This document shows, piece by piece, positions 10,324 to 19,701 of a stretch of DNA of 64,000 bases. The translations under genes were made by a program, and so were the position numbers. The notes beneath the pieces were generated by a model. That model was not told the DNA's origin. It did not search any database and saw only the letters and a list, made by a program, of their open reading frames with translations. Source of the stretch: Candidatus Woesebacteria bacterium (GTDB lineage Bacteria > Patescibacteriota > Microgenomatia > UBA8517); contig CP066693.1 of the NCBI GenBank assembly GCA_016432525.1, forward strand, positions 849,639 to 913,638, read 5' to 3'. Position 1 is the stretch's first letter; every line of letters begins with the position of its first letter.

Positions 10324-10971
10324 ATGCTTTCATATCTTTTGTCTGATCCAATAATTTTTTTAGTGTCCGTAGTAGCTCTTTTGGTTGCAATCACAGTCCA
10401 CGAATTTGCCCATGCTTTTGCAGCAGATAGATTAGGTGACCCAACTCCCCGCCTTCAAGGCCGCTTAACTCTTAATCCCCTTGCCCACCTAGATCCAATA
10501 GGAACTTTAATGCTTTTGATCGTTCGTTTTGGTTGGGGAAAGCCTGTTCAGTTTGACCCATATAATCTTAAAAATCCCAAAAAAGATGCTGCAATTATAT
10601 CTCTTGCAGGTCCAGCCTCTAATTTAATATTGGCAACAATACTCGCAATAATAGTAAGGTTAGCCCAATCGCCATTCTCGCCATTTATTCTTCTTTCAAA
10701 TCTTTTGACCCCTTTGATATTTTTAAATGTAGCACTAGCAGTCTTTAACTTAATTCCAATCCACCCATTAGATGGAGGAAAAATTCTGGTCGGTTTGCTT
10801 CCAACAAGTGACGCACTAAAAGTCAACAAACTCCTAGATCAATATGGAACGATTCTTTTGATAGCCTTAGTCTTCCCTCTTCCAACAGGTTCAAATCTTG
10901 CCTACACCATCACTTCTCCTCTTATTAATTTGATCTTAGGAATACTTATTCCTTCAGTCAAAACCATCTAA
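10324..10971 (+). CDS. site-2 protease family (M50) membrane metalloprotease
   Basis: HEFAHAF HExxH in a TM helix plus NLIPIHPLDGGKIL. Confidence 0.8.
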   Translation: MLSYLLSDPIIFLVSVVALLVAITVHEFAHAFAADRLGDPTPRLQGRLTLNPLAHLDPIGTLMLLIVRFGWGKPVQFDPYNLKNPKKDAAIISLAGPASNLILATILAIIVRLAQSPFSPFILLSNLLTPLIFLNVALAVFNLIPIHPLDGGKILVGLLPTSDALKVNKLLDQYGTILLIALVFPLPTGSNLAYTITSPLINLILGILIPSVKTI

Positions 10972-11180
10972 AAAAGTTTGACCTAATAAGCTATAATATA
11001 GTTAGACCCTGCTTAAAGGAACAGGTAGCTAAAAGTTTTTCCTTGACTAAAAGCTTTTAAATGGGAAGGCGAATTTCTTTAACCCCGTGGGGTTTTATGA
11101 TGAGCCCACCCACTTGTGTGATCACAGGGGAAAATTTTAAAAGCGGCTACACCCTAAAAGCAGGGTTGTTAGTTTTCTTG

Positions 11181-11265
11181 TGCCGAGACCAGGATTCGAA
11201 CCTAGGTAGCCCATACGGGCGACAGTTTTACAGACTGTTGCGATTGACCGCTCCGCCATCTCGGC
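11181..11265 (-). tRNA. tRNA-Tyr (GTA), type II with long variable arm
   Basis: Reverse complement folds as acceptor GCCGAGA/TCTCGGC, anticodon loop CTGTAAA and a long variable arm. Confidence 0.8.
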
Positions 11266-11284
11266 AAATTCAAATAGCTATCTG

Positions 11285-11356
11285 AGCCATCTCTGGGATT
11301 TGAACCCAGGACCTTCGCTTTACAAAAGCGTTGCTCTACCGCTGAGCTAAGATGGC
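11285..11356 (-). tRNA. tRNA-Thr (TGT)
   Basis: Reverse complement GCCATCTTAGCTCAGCGGTAGAGCAACGCTTTTGTAAAGCGAAGGTCCTGGGTTCAAATCCCAGAGATGGCT. Anticodon loop TTTGTAA. Confidence 0.8.
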
Positions 11357-11406
11357 CGTTAGAGCCCAATTATACCAAAAAAAAGGTATTTACTGAAGTT
11401 TCTCCT

Positions 11407-12588
11407 TTATAAAATTAGAGCTATACCAATCACAAACAATCCCAATCCTGCAAGTACGCTAATTATTGTTGGAGCAGAAAAACCTGCAGCAGGAAGTTTG
11501 CTTGGTTGTGTTGTCACAGTTGGAGCAGAAGTTCCCGTACTCACCGTAAAACTAGCGCTTGCATTACTCGTATTGTTTGAACTATCTGTTGCAGTAATTG
11601 CAATGGTGTGCGATCCATTAGAAAGAGGATTTGTTGGAGTAAACGACCAGTTACCACTACTATTAGCAGTAACTGTTGTATCTATTTGTGCATCTGAATG
11701 AATTACTATTCTAATAGAAGCACCTGCTGCAGCTTTTCCAGAAAAAGTTGGCTTTGAAGTTGTAAGCACTCCCCCCGTTGAAAAGCTTGTTAAGCTTACA
11801 GCAACTGGTGTAGCCGTACTACCAGCCCCTCCAAGCGGTGCTTGAGTTGGTGCAAGTGTTGGTGTTGGACTAGCTGTAGGTGTAGGCGATGGGCTTTGAG
11901 TGGCTAGTGCTAGCTGAGAATTTCCACCTAGATTTGATGTTTCATTCGCCGGAGCTAGCGTTGGTGTTGATGTAGGTGTTGGCGATGGACTTTTGGTTGC
12001 GTTCGGGGTAACTGTCCCTTCTGGAGTAGCAGAAGGTGTAGCACTTGCTTGAGCTATTTCTCCCACATTTATAGTCGCACCATTTTTATTCTGTAAAACA
12101 TTTTGCCCACCTTCTCCAACTGCTACTACAATTGTGTCGTTTGTAAAGTTAACAGCAACCGCTCCATTTGCAAGAGCAGTAAAATTAACTACAGCCAAAT
12201 TTCCTGTTCCGCTTTTGGGAACAACTCCAGGAGGCAAATAAATACTATAAAAAACAGTCCCGTTTGTGTTATTTATAGTTGGTCCAATAACTTGAGGTGA
12301 TACAAAAAATGTACCCAGTGAAACACTATTTGCCTTAAGCTTTGAGGAATCAAAACTTACATAAAGTTCTGTTCCCGCAACTTGATTCGCTCCAGTATCA
12401 ATGTTAATTCCAACATCAAAGCTATCTCCAATTGCAGGCGTCGTACTAGTAGGAGCAAGAGTTAAGCTAGTAGCAGGAGCAGCTTTTTGTTTAAAAAGCT
12501 GCTGTTTTGAAGCAAGAAATATTACGGTAACCAAACCTCCAACCAAAATCAAAATCCCTATTATCGAAAAAATTAGTCTTTTATTCAT
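11407..12588 (-). CDS. cell-surface protein: N-terminal signal-anchor, cohesin-like beta-sandwich domain, Thr/Pro/Ser linker, Ig-like domain, C-terminal LPAAG + hydrophobic tail
   Basis: Paralogous to the 22068..22613 and 13121..14167 N-domains (GTFYxxPxxxGPTIxNTxG...LPPG...SGxGxLAxxNFTA...GEGGQNV). PT-rich linker. C-terminal KLPAAG followed by a hydrophobic segment resembles a sortase signal. Confidence 0.5.
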   Translation of the reverse strand: MNKRLIFSIIGILILVGGLVTVIFLASKQQLFKQKAAPATSLTLAPTSTTPAIGDSFDVGINIDTGANQVAGTELYVSFDSSKLKANSVSLGTFFVSPQVIGPTINNTNGTVFYSIYLPPGVVPKSGTGNLAVVNFTALANGAVAVNFTNDTIVVAVGEGGQNVLQNKNGATINVGEIAQASATPSATPEGTVTPNATKSPSPTPTSTPTLAPANETSNLGGNSQLALATQSPSPTPTASPTPTLAPTQAPLGGAGSTATPVAVSLTSFSTGGVLTTSKPTFSGKAAAGASIRIVIHSDAQIDTTVTANSSGNWSFTPTNPLSNGSHTIAITATDSSNNTSNASASFTVSTGTSAPTVTTQPSKLPAAGFSAPTIISVLAGLGLFVIGIALIL

Positions 12589-13124
12589 AAGTTTTTATTT
12601 ATATTTAATAAAATTGATTTCCCTGTTATATTCAACAAATTCTTCATTTTGGTGACACCATAATAAGAATCAGGTAATATACTCAAGGTAGTAGATTTCG
12701 AAGTAGGATTCAAGACCTGAAAATTCAAATTTGCAATCATAAGCTTCCCAGTCAATTGTGAGTCAAACCCTTGTCCCATTGAAAGAGTAACTATTCCATT
12801 TTTATTATCGATTTCTTTCTCTAAAACGTTAGTGCTTGTCCATATATCTCCAATGTGAACCGAAGTAATCTTTATTGTCTTTGGGTCATATTTTATCTTT
12901 ATACTAAACGCATTCGGAGCATACGTATTAAAATTATCAAATAGTAAACTTACGCTATTTGGCTGTGGTTCAAAATGAACTCCAAGATTTCTAAAGACTC
13001 TGCTCTTTCCTTCCAAAAATGCGATATCAGAAAAATTATTTTTTACCTCATACGACGCTACGAGTAGAATTACTGCAAAAATACCAAAAAAGAAAAAGTA
13101 TATAAATTTATATTTTTTTGTCAT
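12585..13124 (-). CDS. small membrane-anchored protein, possible cohesin-like fold
   Basis: N-terminal TM segment. 4-bp overlaps with both neighbours put it in the operon. No defined motif. Confidence 0.35.
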   Translation of the reverse strand: MTKKYKFIYFFFFGIFAVILLVASYEVKNNFSDIAFLEGKSRVFRNLGVHFEPQPNSVSLLFDNFNTYAPNAFSIKIKYDPKTIKITSVHIGDIWTSTNVLEKEIDNKNGIVTLSMGQGFDSQLTGKLMIANLNFQVLNPTSKSTTLSILPDSYYGVTKMKNLLNITGKSILLNINKNL

Positions 13125-14167
13125 TGGGCAGTTTTACCAAAATTCTCAAACAAAACTATGTAATCCAATAGGTTTACTTTTCCATCTTTATTTATATCTG
13201 CACGTGTATCGAAATTCGAAGTCTTTCCAAAATTCTCAAACAAAACTATGTAATCCAATAGGTTTACTTTTCCATCCCCATTAATATCCCCAGCAAGAGT
13301 TGGTGTTACAGTTGGAGTCGAAGTAGGCGCCCCTGTTGGAACTGGTGTCCCACTAATTGTAGGTGTTGGAGAAGAAACTTCTGTTGCGCAAATTAGTACT
13401 CCGCAAGAGCAAGAATTTGTTCCTTGGTATACACAATTCGGCGCTGGAGTTGCACATACTGCAGGAGTACAAGTCGGGATAATTGTAGGCACTATTGTCG
13501 GAGTAACTGTTGGGCTTGCTGCAGGTGTCGGCGTTGGAATAGCAGTAGCCGTAGCTGTTGGAATCGGGAAAGGAGAAGGAGAAGACATGCTCACTAAAGC
13601 ATTAGATGTAGTAAAACTCAAATCCGTTGGTGTCATATCAACTATCTGTATATTTGAATTACTAATAGAAAAAGTGGCAGGCCCTTGGGATAGACCTGTT
13701 GTAACAGGAGTAATTTTAAAATTTGCTAGCTCAAAAGCTCCAGTTGGAGCATTAGCTACATCATTAGGATCAATTCCAAGAATCGCAACAATCTTTCCAG
13801 TTGCATTCGCATTAGCAAGAGATGTAAGAGAAATAACCTTTTTAAGAGTGGTTGTTGGTATAACTTCAGAGGCTAGATTAACTTTACTGTTATCAAAGTC
13901 AATTTCAACTTTAACAAAACCGATTTTGTAAGTTTTCGCATCCATCATAAGTCTCAATGTTCCATCAGGTGGCAAACTTACACTGGAAGGTAAAAAACTC
14001 AAACTTACGGGGTTTATCAATGCTTTAGATAAATATTTAGCACTTTGAAAAACTTCATACAAGGTAAATGGAAGCGCAACCAAAACAACAATTAATACCA
14101 AAGCTTTTTGAAAACGACTCCCTCTTTTAAGTTCTTTTTTTAGCTCAAAAAATTTACTAAACTTCAT
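13121..14167 (-). CDS. membrane-anchored cohesin-like domain protein with a C-terminal dockerin module
   Basis: N-terminal TM segment, cohesin-like domain and PT/Cys-rich linker. Two C-terminal Ca-binding dockerin repeats (DINGDGKVNLLDYIVLFENFGKT x2), encoded by an 81-bp tandem DNA repeat. Confidence 0.6.
   Translation of the reverse strand: MKFSKFFELKKELKRGSRFQKALVLIVVLVALPFTLYEVFQSAKYLSKALINPVSLSFLPSSVSLPPDGTLRLMMDAKTYKIGFVKVEIDFDNSKVNLASEVIPTTTLKKVISLTSLANANATGKIVAILGIDPNDVANAPTGAFELANFKITPVTTGLSQGPATFSISNSNIQIVDMTPTDLSFTTSNALVSMSSPSPFPIPTATATAIPTPTPAASPTVTPTIVPTIIPTCTPAVCATPAPNCVYQGTNSCSCGVLICATEVSSPTPTISGTPVPTGAPTSTPTVTPTLAGDINGDGKVNLLDYIVLFENFGKTSNFDTRADINKDGKVNLLDYIVLFENFGKTAQ
13135..13300. 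repeat. tandem 81-bp direct repeat (2 copies) encoding the two dockerin segments
   Basis: ccaaaattctcaaacaaaactatgtaatccaataggtttacttttccatc recurs 81 bp apart. Confidence 0.8.
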
Positions 14168-14251
14168 AACTCTTCAAGATTATAATAGCACCTTTCAAAT
14201 ATTGGACACATATCAAAAACCCAATCTGTTATAATATTGCTTGACGATTGT

Positions 14252-14324
14252 GCCTGGATAGCTCAGTGGTAGAGCACTAACTTGGTAAGTTAGGGGTCGA
14301 GAGTTCAATCCTCTCTCCAGGCTC
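14252..14324 (+). tRNA. tRNA-Thr (GGT)
   Basis: GCCTGGATAGCTCAGTGGTAGAGCACTAACTTGGTAAGTTAGGGGTCGAGAGTTCAATCCTCTCTCCAGGCT. Anticodon loop TTGGTAA. Confidence 0.85.
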
Positions 14325-14329
14325 ACAAG

Positions 14330-17300
14330 CTAAAGCAACTTGGATACAACCAAATCCAAATCACTCTGATCAACCTTTCCATCAATATTTAAATCCCCAT
14401 CCATCGGTCCGCGAGTAGTTGTCTGTCCAAAATGAAGTATTACGGTTACATAATCTATTCCATCCACTTTTCCGTCACCATTGGCATCTCCGACAACTGC
14501 AGATGGAGTAGGAGAAGGAGCAGTAACCCCACCCTGACAATTAGAACTTGAAACCCCATTGTCGCTAAAGGCAAAACTTGTTCCCCCAAAAAACTTACAG
14601 GAAACCACTTGATTATTTTTAATTCTTATAACAGCAAGAGCTGCATCTGTTGTAAATGGCCCGACTGTTCGTGAACTTCGAGAATTTTTAAAATTACTTG
14701 TTCCCACCAAAAACCAATCTGTTCCCTGAGATGTCGTCACTTTTACTGAACGGGAATTATCGGAACTGTTAGTTGCGGTAGTTTGGATATTTTGGATGAA
14801 TCCACTTTTTCCAACTCCAATCGGCTCAAGCGTATCGACATAGGTCGCTTCCGTTCCGTTTCGTTCTGCCACGGCAAAATCCTGGCGGAGATTCGTGGTT
14901 TGATTCCTGGCTGGACCTGTTAACCACGCTACGGTTACTTTTGTATTTGGAACTCCTTCCATGGTCAAACGCATTTTTGAACCTTTGGGCGGCCAAGCGT
15001 ACGTCGCATCCTGCATAATACTTCCTTCGTTCATCGTCCAGTCTCCTTGCCATAATCCGGTAGCTGTAAATTGCTGTCCTTTGTGACCAGTGTTTGTAAT
15101 GTAGTATCCAAACGGATCCCAGTCCGCACCACTCGGATCTTTTGCATCTGATAACGCAACCGTCGGATTCGATATTGCCAGTTCGCCCATATTCCGATAT
15201 CCCCATTCAATTCTATGCACCGCTCCATCACGAGGTTTCACAATGAACGTATCAAACAAATACTCCGGTAACTGAACGTTCCATCTTTCCTGATGTGCCA
15301 TGCCAGGAGTAGTGCTCCAGCTTGCTGCCATTTCCGTTGTCGCCACAGCCGAAGGCGTGTTGGGGTCAGGATCAAAGTGAACAAAATCTCCCCAAAACCC
15401 AGGCTCTGATCGATCAATCATAACTTTATTAAGAAGAAGATATGGATACCCTCTCCAATCATACCCATATCGAGGAGTCAAGATTGTTCCATTAGCAAAG
15501 GCAACAATCCCCATACCATCACCAGAAACATGATCTCCAGGATAAAATCCTAGGTGTTTGCTGGACAAAAGTGTCTCCATTCGAGTATCCCAGGATCCGG
15601 GACCACGCAGCATCGCATAACCCCATCCATCAATTTTAAATGACTGATTATCAACGGTTGATCCTGCTTTTCGGCTATTTTCCTGATTAATGGTGTTTTG
15701 GAAATAAGAAATAAGATCCGTGCGGTCAGGGTACATGAGCTTCAGTAAGGCAAAAGCATTCCCATAAGCTCGTGTCAGTTGATTGACCGCTCCTCCTCCA
15801 TTTAACATCGGGAAACTCCCGTCAGAGAATGGAAACTCATTCCACATAACCAAAGATTTGAGAATTAAATCCTTCAAATTGGTAAAGGCCGGAAGTTGAA
15901 TTGTGCTTAAAAACGCCGATGCTTCATTGGCCAGATCCATATAGACACCGGGCCATCCGTAACTTCCAGGTTCATTTGCAAACGATCCGTCCTCGCGAAA
16001 AAGATTTTGAGTGGTGTACAGAGTATTTATCCACTCCGCGGCTTGCTCTTGGACAGCACTGTCGCGGGAACTTGCTGCTGCTGCTAAAAACGTCCAGATG
16101 TCCGTGCCTTCTAGTTCCACCGCTTCCCGCATATGATAGGACACAAACGGTTCACCGGCTAGATGTGTCTTCGTTGCATTCCCAAACATTTTGGTCGGGG
16201 CATAAAAATGGAATCCATTACCACCCAACGCTTGGACATCCATGTGGATATATTCCATATTGGATCCAGTCCCCAGTCGAATCCATTCTCCTGATTCATT
16301 GGCCATATCCATAAATGGGGCAGTTTTAACATTAAAATAAATATTCGCCTGTCCTGGACTATAATTTTGTGCCAGTGTACCAGAAATCCGCAAATCATCC
16401 CGATAACTTAAAAATAGCGGCAGGATGACATTATGCAAGAAACGAAAATGTTCATCGTCCGTCATGGCATTTTGTTGTAACAACTTGACATAAGAAGTGA
16501 GAGCAGTAACTCCGCCAAATTCATACTGCGTCGCAGGAAGAATAAACGGGCGTGCGATGTCCCACCGCGGTACAAAATAATAGGGTACTTCATTGGATAG
16601 AACTTGCATCGCAGACTTAAGCTCAGCAGTTGATGAATTCTGACCGATGCCAGCCAAAACAGTAGAAAGTGGACTGCCAAGGTACGGAGATCTGTTGGTT
16701 CGTGTGGCATCTTCCAAAAGAGTTCCCGGGCGCGTCAGTGCCCAATTTGTTAAATCAAATCCACCTTTGGTCATAATATGAGACGGCGCATGGGTTAACG
16801 CATAGACAAACGCACCCGTGACATCCTGTTGATATATCCCATTTTGGAATCCAAAACTCTGTCTTGTTGGAATTACATTTGTCATATCTGTGGTATCAAC
16901 CGGAGCAAATCCACCAGCGTTGTAGTCTTTTACATAGGCTAATTTTGTGACGGTTTGCATGGGAAGATAGCCATTGGCTGCAGACATCAAATATGGTTTT
17001 GATAAATTAGCAATATCATTTGATTTAAGATCCAACCGAACCAGCTCTGAGTAATTTGCTGGAACCGGTGCGTTTGATTCGACCGTCAGTGAAAATGGAG
17101 TGCTCTGTCCACGAGCAAGTTGCAATGTGGATCCGGTACTCACAGAAGTGACAGAATAGACACTTGTGGTTTTTCCAGACCGAGGCATAACAGATGTGGT
17201 GACGCCAAAACTTACCGTACTGGGAGCTAAATTGGTCCAGGTGCCATTGAACGTAATACGAATCCGTCCGTCTGAGAGCGTTGTGACCTGATGGTTGGAA

Positions 17301-17905
17301 AAATCCAATGCAGGAAATACAGAATTTCCCACAATCGCCCAGGGATTGGCGGGATTTGTTGGAGGAGCTCCTTGGGTAAAATAGGCACTTTTTAAAACAA
17401 CGCCTCCATTATGGAAATCAAATTCGATAGTATGAGATCCGGTTGCCAGATTGACTGTTCCCGGAAGGGACCAGGTGATTGCCGGTGGAGCCCCGCCATA
17501 AAATTGTGGCGTTGAACCCCATTTGTAATCCGGACTATTCGGCCACAGATCTATTTGCGACCATCCAGATGGACTTTGACCATCTACTTTTACATCCATC
17601 AGTCTATGCGCCGCTATCTGATAGTAACTAAAGACGAATGAATAATTTCCTGCGGTTGTCGCTGTGAATGGATACTGAATCGACCCATCTCTATATGAAC
17701 CAACTCCTTTTGGTGGAAATCCGCTTAAAGGACTAGCCTCTGTCGAAAGATATAAATTCCGATTCACAACATTTACAGCCGTTACACCAGCTCCTGCTGG
17801 ATCAAGGTTAAGATTAATCGTTGTAGAAGTTTGAGCGAAAGCTATCTCCTTTGCAGCAAAAAGAATAATGCCACTAACTAAAAAAATAAGTAATTTTTTA
17901 AACAT
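14330..17905 (-). CDS. large (1191 aa) secreted dockerin-bearing protein, probably a carbohydrate-active enzyme (polysaccharide-lyase/heparinase II-III-like fold suspected)
   Basis: Signal peptide and a ~1100-aa body with elevated GC. C-terminal dockerin repeats (DANGDGKVDGIDYVTVILHFGQ, DLNIDGKVDQSDLDLVVSKL). The enzyme family is not confirmed. Confidence 0.5.
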   Translation of the reverse strand: MFKKLLIFLVSGIILFAAKEIAFAQTSTTINLNLDPAGAGVTAVNVVNRNLYLSTEASPLSGFPPKGVGSYRDGSIQYPFTATTAGNYSFVFSYYQIAAHRLMDVKVDGQSPSGWSQIDLWPNSPDYKWGSTPQFYGGAPPAITWSLPGTVNLATGSHTIEFDFHNGGVVLKSAYFTQGAPPTNPANPWAIVGNSVFPALDFSNHQVTTLSDGRIRITFNGTWTNLAPSTVSFGVTTSVMPRSGKTTSVYSVTSVSTGSTLQLARGQSTPFSLTVESNAPVPANYSELVRLDLKSNDIANLSKPYLMSAANGYLPMQTVTKLAYVKDYNAGGFAPVDTTDMTNVIPTRQSFGFQNGIYQQDVTGAFVYALTHAPSHIMTKGGFDLTNWALTRPGTLLEDATRTNRSPYLGSPLSTVLAGIGQNSSTAELKSAMQVLSNEVPYYFVPRWDIARPFILPATQYEFGGVTALTSYVKLLQQNAMTDDEHFRFLHNVILPLFLSYRDDLRISGTLAQNYSPGQANIYFNVKTAPFMDMANESGEWIRLGTGSNMEYIHMDVQALGGNGFHFYAPTKMFGNATKTHLAGEPFVSYHMREAVELEGTDIWTFLAAAASSRDSAVQEQAAEWINTLYTTQNLFREDGSFANEPGSYGWPGVYMDLANEASAFLSTIQLPAFTNLKDLILKSLVMWNEFPFSDGSFPMLNGGGAVNQLTRAYGNAFALLKLMYPDRTDLISYFQNTINQENSRKAGSTVDNQSFKIDGWGYAMLRGPGSWDTRMETLLSSKHLGFYPGDHVSGDGMGIVAFANGTILTPRYGYDWRGYPYLLLNKVMIDRSEPGFWGDFVHFDPDPNTPSAVATTEMAASWSTTPGMAHQERWNVQLPEYLFDTFIVKPRDGAVHRIEWGYRNMGELAISNPTVALSDAKDPSGADWDPFGYYITNTGHKGQQFTATGLWQGDWTMNEGSIMQDATYAWPPKGSKMRLTMEGVPNTKVTVAWLTGPARNQTTNLRQDFAVAERNGTEATYVDTLEPIGVGKSGFIQNIQTTATNSSDNSRSVKVTTSQGTDWFLVGTSNFKNSRSSRTVGPFTTDAALAVIRIKNNQVVSCKFFGGTSFAFSDNGVSSSNCQGGVTAPSPTPSAVVGDANGDGKVDGIDYVTVILHFGQTTTRGPMDGDLNIDGKVDQSDLDLVVSKLL

Positions 17906-19389
17906 TAACTAATTTTACTAATAATTAAGTTTAGATCATTAATGTCAACTTTTCCATCCGCATTTACGTCTCCATCTCTTGCTCCGTTTGTTGTTGTTTG
18001 CCCAAAATGAATTACTACAGTCATATAATCAATTCCATCCACTTTCCCATCTCCATTAACATCGGGGGAAGTAGGAATCGGAGACGAAGTTGGTGCTAAA
18101 GTTGGGCTAGGGGTATTAGTTGCTACATTTCCAAATCTGTCCCAATCCCGCAAACCCAATGCTCTGAATGCATTCCAAAACCCGTCCACACTTGTGGGAG
18201 CTAATGAATTAGGTCCAACATTAACTACTTGCCCAAACCATTGTCTTCCTGATCCATATAGCGGGCTTCCTGAAGGAACTACCATCCTGAGTTTTGAAAA
18301 ATACCCTTCTATGTTTTGATTCGAAAAGATGTCTGATATAGGACTAGAAAAAGCCTGTTTTATGGAAGAAATATTGCTATCTATTTCTGCTTCAGATAAC
18401 CCAAGCTCTTGAGCCTCTTGCCCCCGAGTTAGTGTTATAGTCTGGCTCCCTAATAAAGGCGAGCTCAAAAAGGCATTGTTAGTAATTGTATTAGTTGTAT
18501 TGCCGCTTGTCCAAGCATAACCATTGGGACCAAGAATATTGTTAATCAAATATGTGTTGGCTCCAGCAAGCCAAGGTCCCCATGGGCCCTCGCGACCAGC
18601 CTGTCCTGTCATTTTCCAAAAAAAATTGTTGGCAATCAAATGGTCGGAACCGTCCATAACAAGGCCCCAAAAATGACCTGTAACAAAATTACGGGTGACA
18701 ATACTATCATGTGTATTATGCCAACCGTGAATTCCATATCCTTCACCTCCAATTAGAATGTTATTGTCGACAATGGTATGGGTAGCCATTTGGCCAACGG
18801 TATATCCACCAGAAATATACAGCCCATGGTCAAACCTTCCGTTTCCCATCAAAATAAATCTATTTCCCTGATAAAATGTGTATTCTGCCGAACCCTGACT
18901 AATCCCGTTATAACCAAAAAGTGTATTGTTAACTAGTTGGATCCCATTACTAACTGGACTACCTCCAGTAAAAAACGCGTTTCCAGAATTTGCTTTGCCT
19001 CCAAACCACATACTTTCCAATCTTGTATAACTAGCGACATGAACAGGAGGCGGCAAATCACCATCAGTTGAAAAGATAACTCTCGCGCCTGGCTCAGATT
19101 TGAAAATAGTCATATTTGAAGAACTTGTTCCTGCAGGTCCAAAAGAAACTGAAGAAATCCTATAAATGCCTGAGGCAATCATTACTGTATCTCCGCTTTT
19201 TATGCTGCTTATTGCTTTTGTTATAGTCTTCCAAGCGGAAGTTTGTTGAGTTCCAAGATTTCCATCATTTCCACTATTAGTATTTACATAATAAGTAGAT
19301 GCCAACGCTTTTCTTGGAAATAAAAACAAAAAAAAGAAAACCAGAATCAAAAACAAAAATATTCTTTTCATCTCAAAAACTATAAACAT
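17905..19389 (-). CDS. secreted right-handed parallel beta-helix (pectate-lyase-like) protein with C-terminal dockerin
   Basis: Signal peptide and PbH1-like repeats (NNILIGGEGYGIHGWHNTHDSIVTRNFVTGHFWGLVMDGSDHLIANNFF). Dockerin repeats DVNGDGKVDGIDYMTVVIHFGQ and DVNADGKVDINDLNLIISK. Confidence 0.6.
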   Translation of the reverse strand: MFIVFEMKRIFLFLILVFFFLFLFPRKALASTYYVNTNSGNDGNLGTQQTSAWKTITKAISSIKSGDTVMIASGIYRISSVSFGPAGTSSSNMTIFKSEPGARVIFSTDGDLPPPVHVASYTRLESMWFGGKANSGNAFFTGGSPVSNGIQLVNNTLFGYNGISQGSAEYTFYQGNRFILMGNGRFDHGLYISGGYTVGQMATHTIVDNNILIGGEGYGIHGWHNTHDSIVTRNFVTGHFWGLVMDGSDHLIANNFFWKMTGQAGREGPWGPWLAGANTYLINNILGPNGYAWTSGNTTNTITNNAFLSSPLLGSQTITLTRGQEAQELGLSEAEIDSNISSIKQAFSSPISDIFSNQNIEGYFSKLRMVVPSGSPLYGSGRQWFGQVVNVGPNSLAPTSVDGFWNAFRALGLRDWDRFGNVATNTPSPTLAPTSSPIPTSPDVNGDGKVDGIDYMTVVIHFGQTTTNGARDGDVNADGKVDINDLNLIISKIS

Positions 19390-19429
19390 GTTAGCATAAC
19401 TTAAATCTTTGTGCTAAAATACCCTCACT

Positions 19430-19621
19430 ATGGCCAAAAAAGGAGCTCGAGAAATAGTCGCTTTAGTGTGTAGTGTTTGTAAAAGCCAAAACTACATAAC
19501 TGAGCGAAACAAGGTTAATCTTCAAGTTAAAGCCAAAAAAGGCGAAAAACTTATAGTCAAAAAATATTGCAAAACTTGCAAAAAACACACCGAGCACAAA
19601 GAATCTTCAAAGCTAAAATAA
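19430..19621 (+). CDS. rpmG: 50S ribosomal protein L33
   Basis: MAKKGAREIVALVCSVCKSQNYITERNK...KYCKTCKKHTEHKE resembles the L33 zinc-ribbon form. Confidence 0.8.
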   Translation: MAKKGAREIVALVCSVCKSQNYITERNKVNLQVKAKKGEKLIVKKYCKTCKKHTEHKESSKLK

Positions 19622-19623
19622 GC

Positions 19624-19652
19624 TTGACTTTTTCTTTATCTTATAGTATATT
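19624..19652 (+). promoter_or_regulatory. sigma70-like promoter (TTGACT-N17-TATATT) for the first small Cys-rich gene
   Basis: -35 TTGACT at 19624-19629, 17-bp spacer, -10 TATATT at 19647-19652. Confidence 0.45.
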
Positions 19653-19701
19653 TATGCAGTAGCAAATCGCTACTCTAGTAGCTTTTTTCGTGGAGGAACG
19701 G

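Noticed and set aside
11061-11285. 74-aa ORF on the plus strand
   Set aside because: It overlaps tRNA-Tyr and ends at tRNA-Thr on the opposite strand. It is a spurious ORF across tRNA genes.
14826-16710. Several 60-140-aa ORFs (14826..15206, 15031..15231, 15901..16314, 16159..16398, 16462..16710)
   Set aside because: All lie within the 14330..17905 gene. They are artefacts of its higher GC content.
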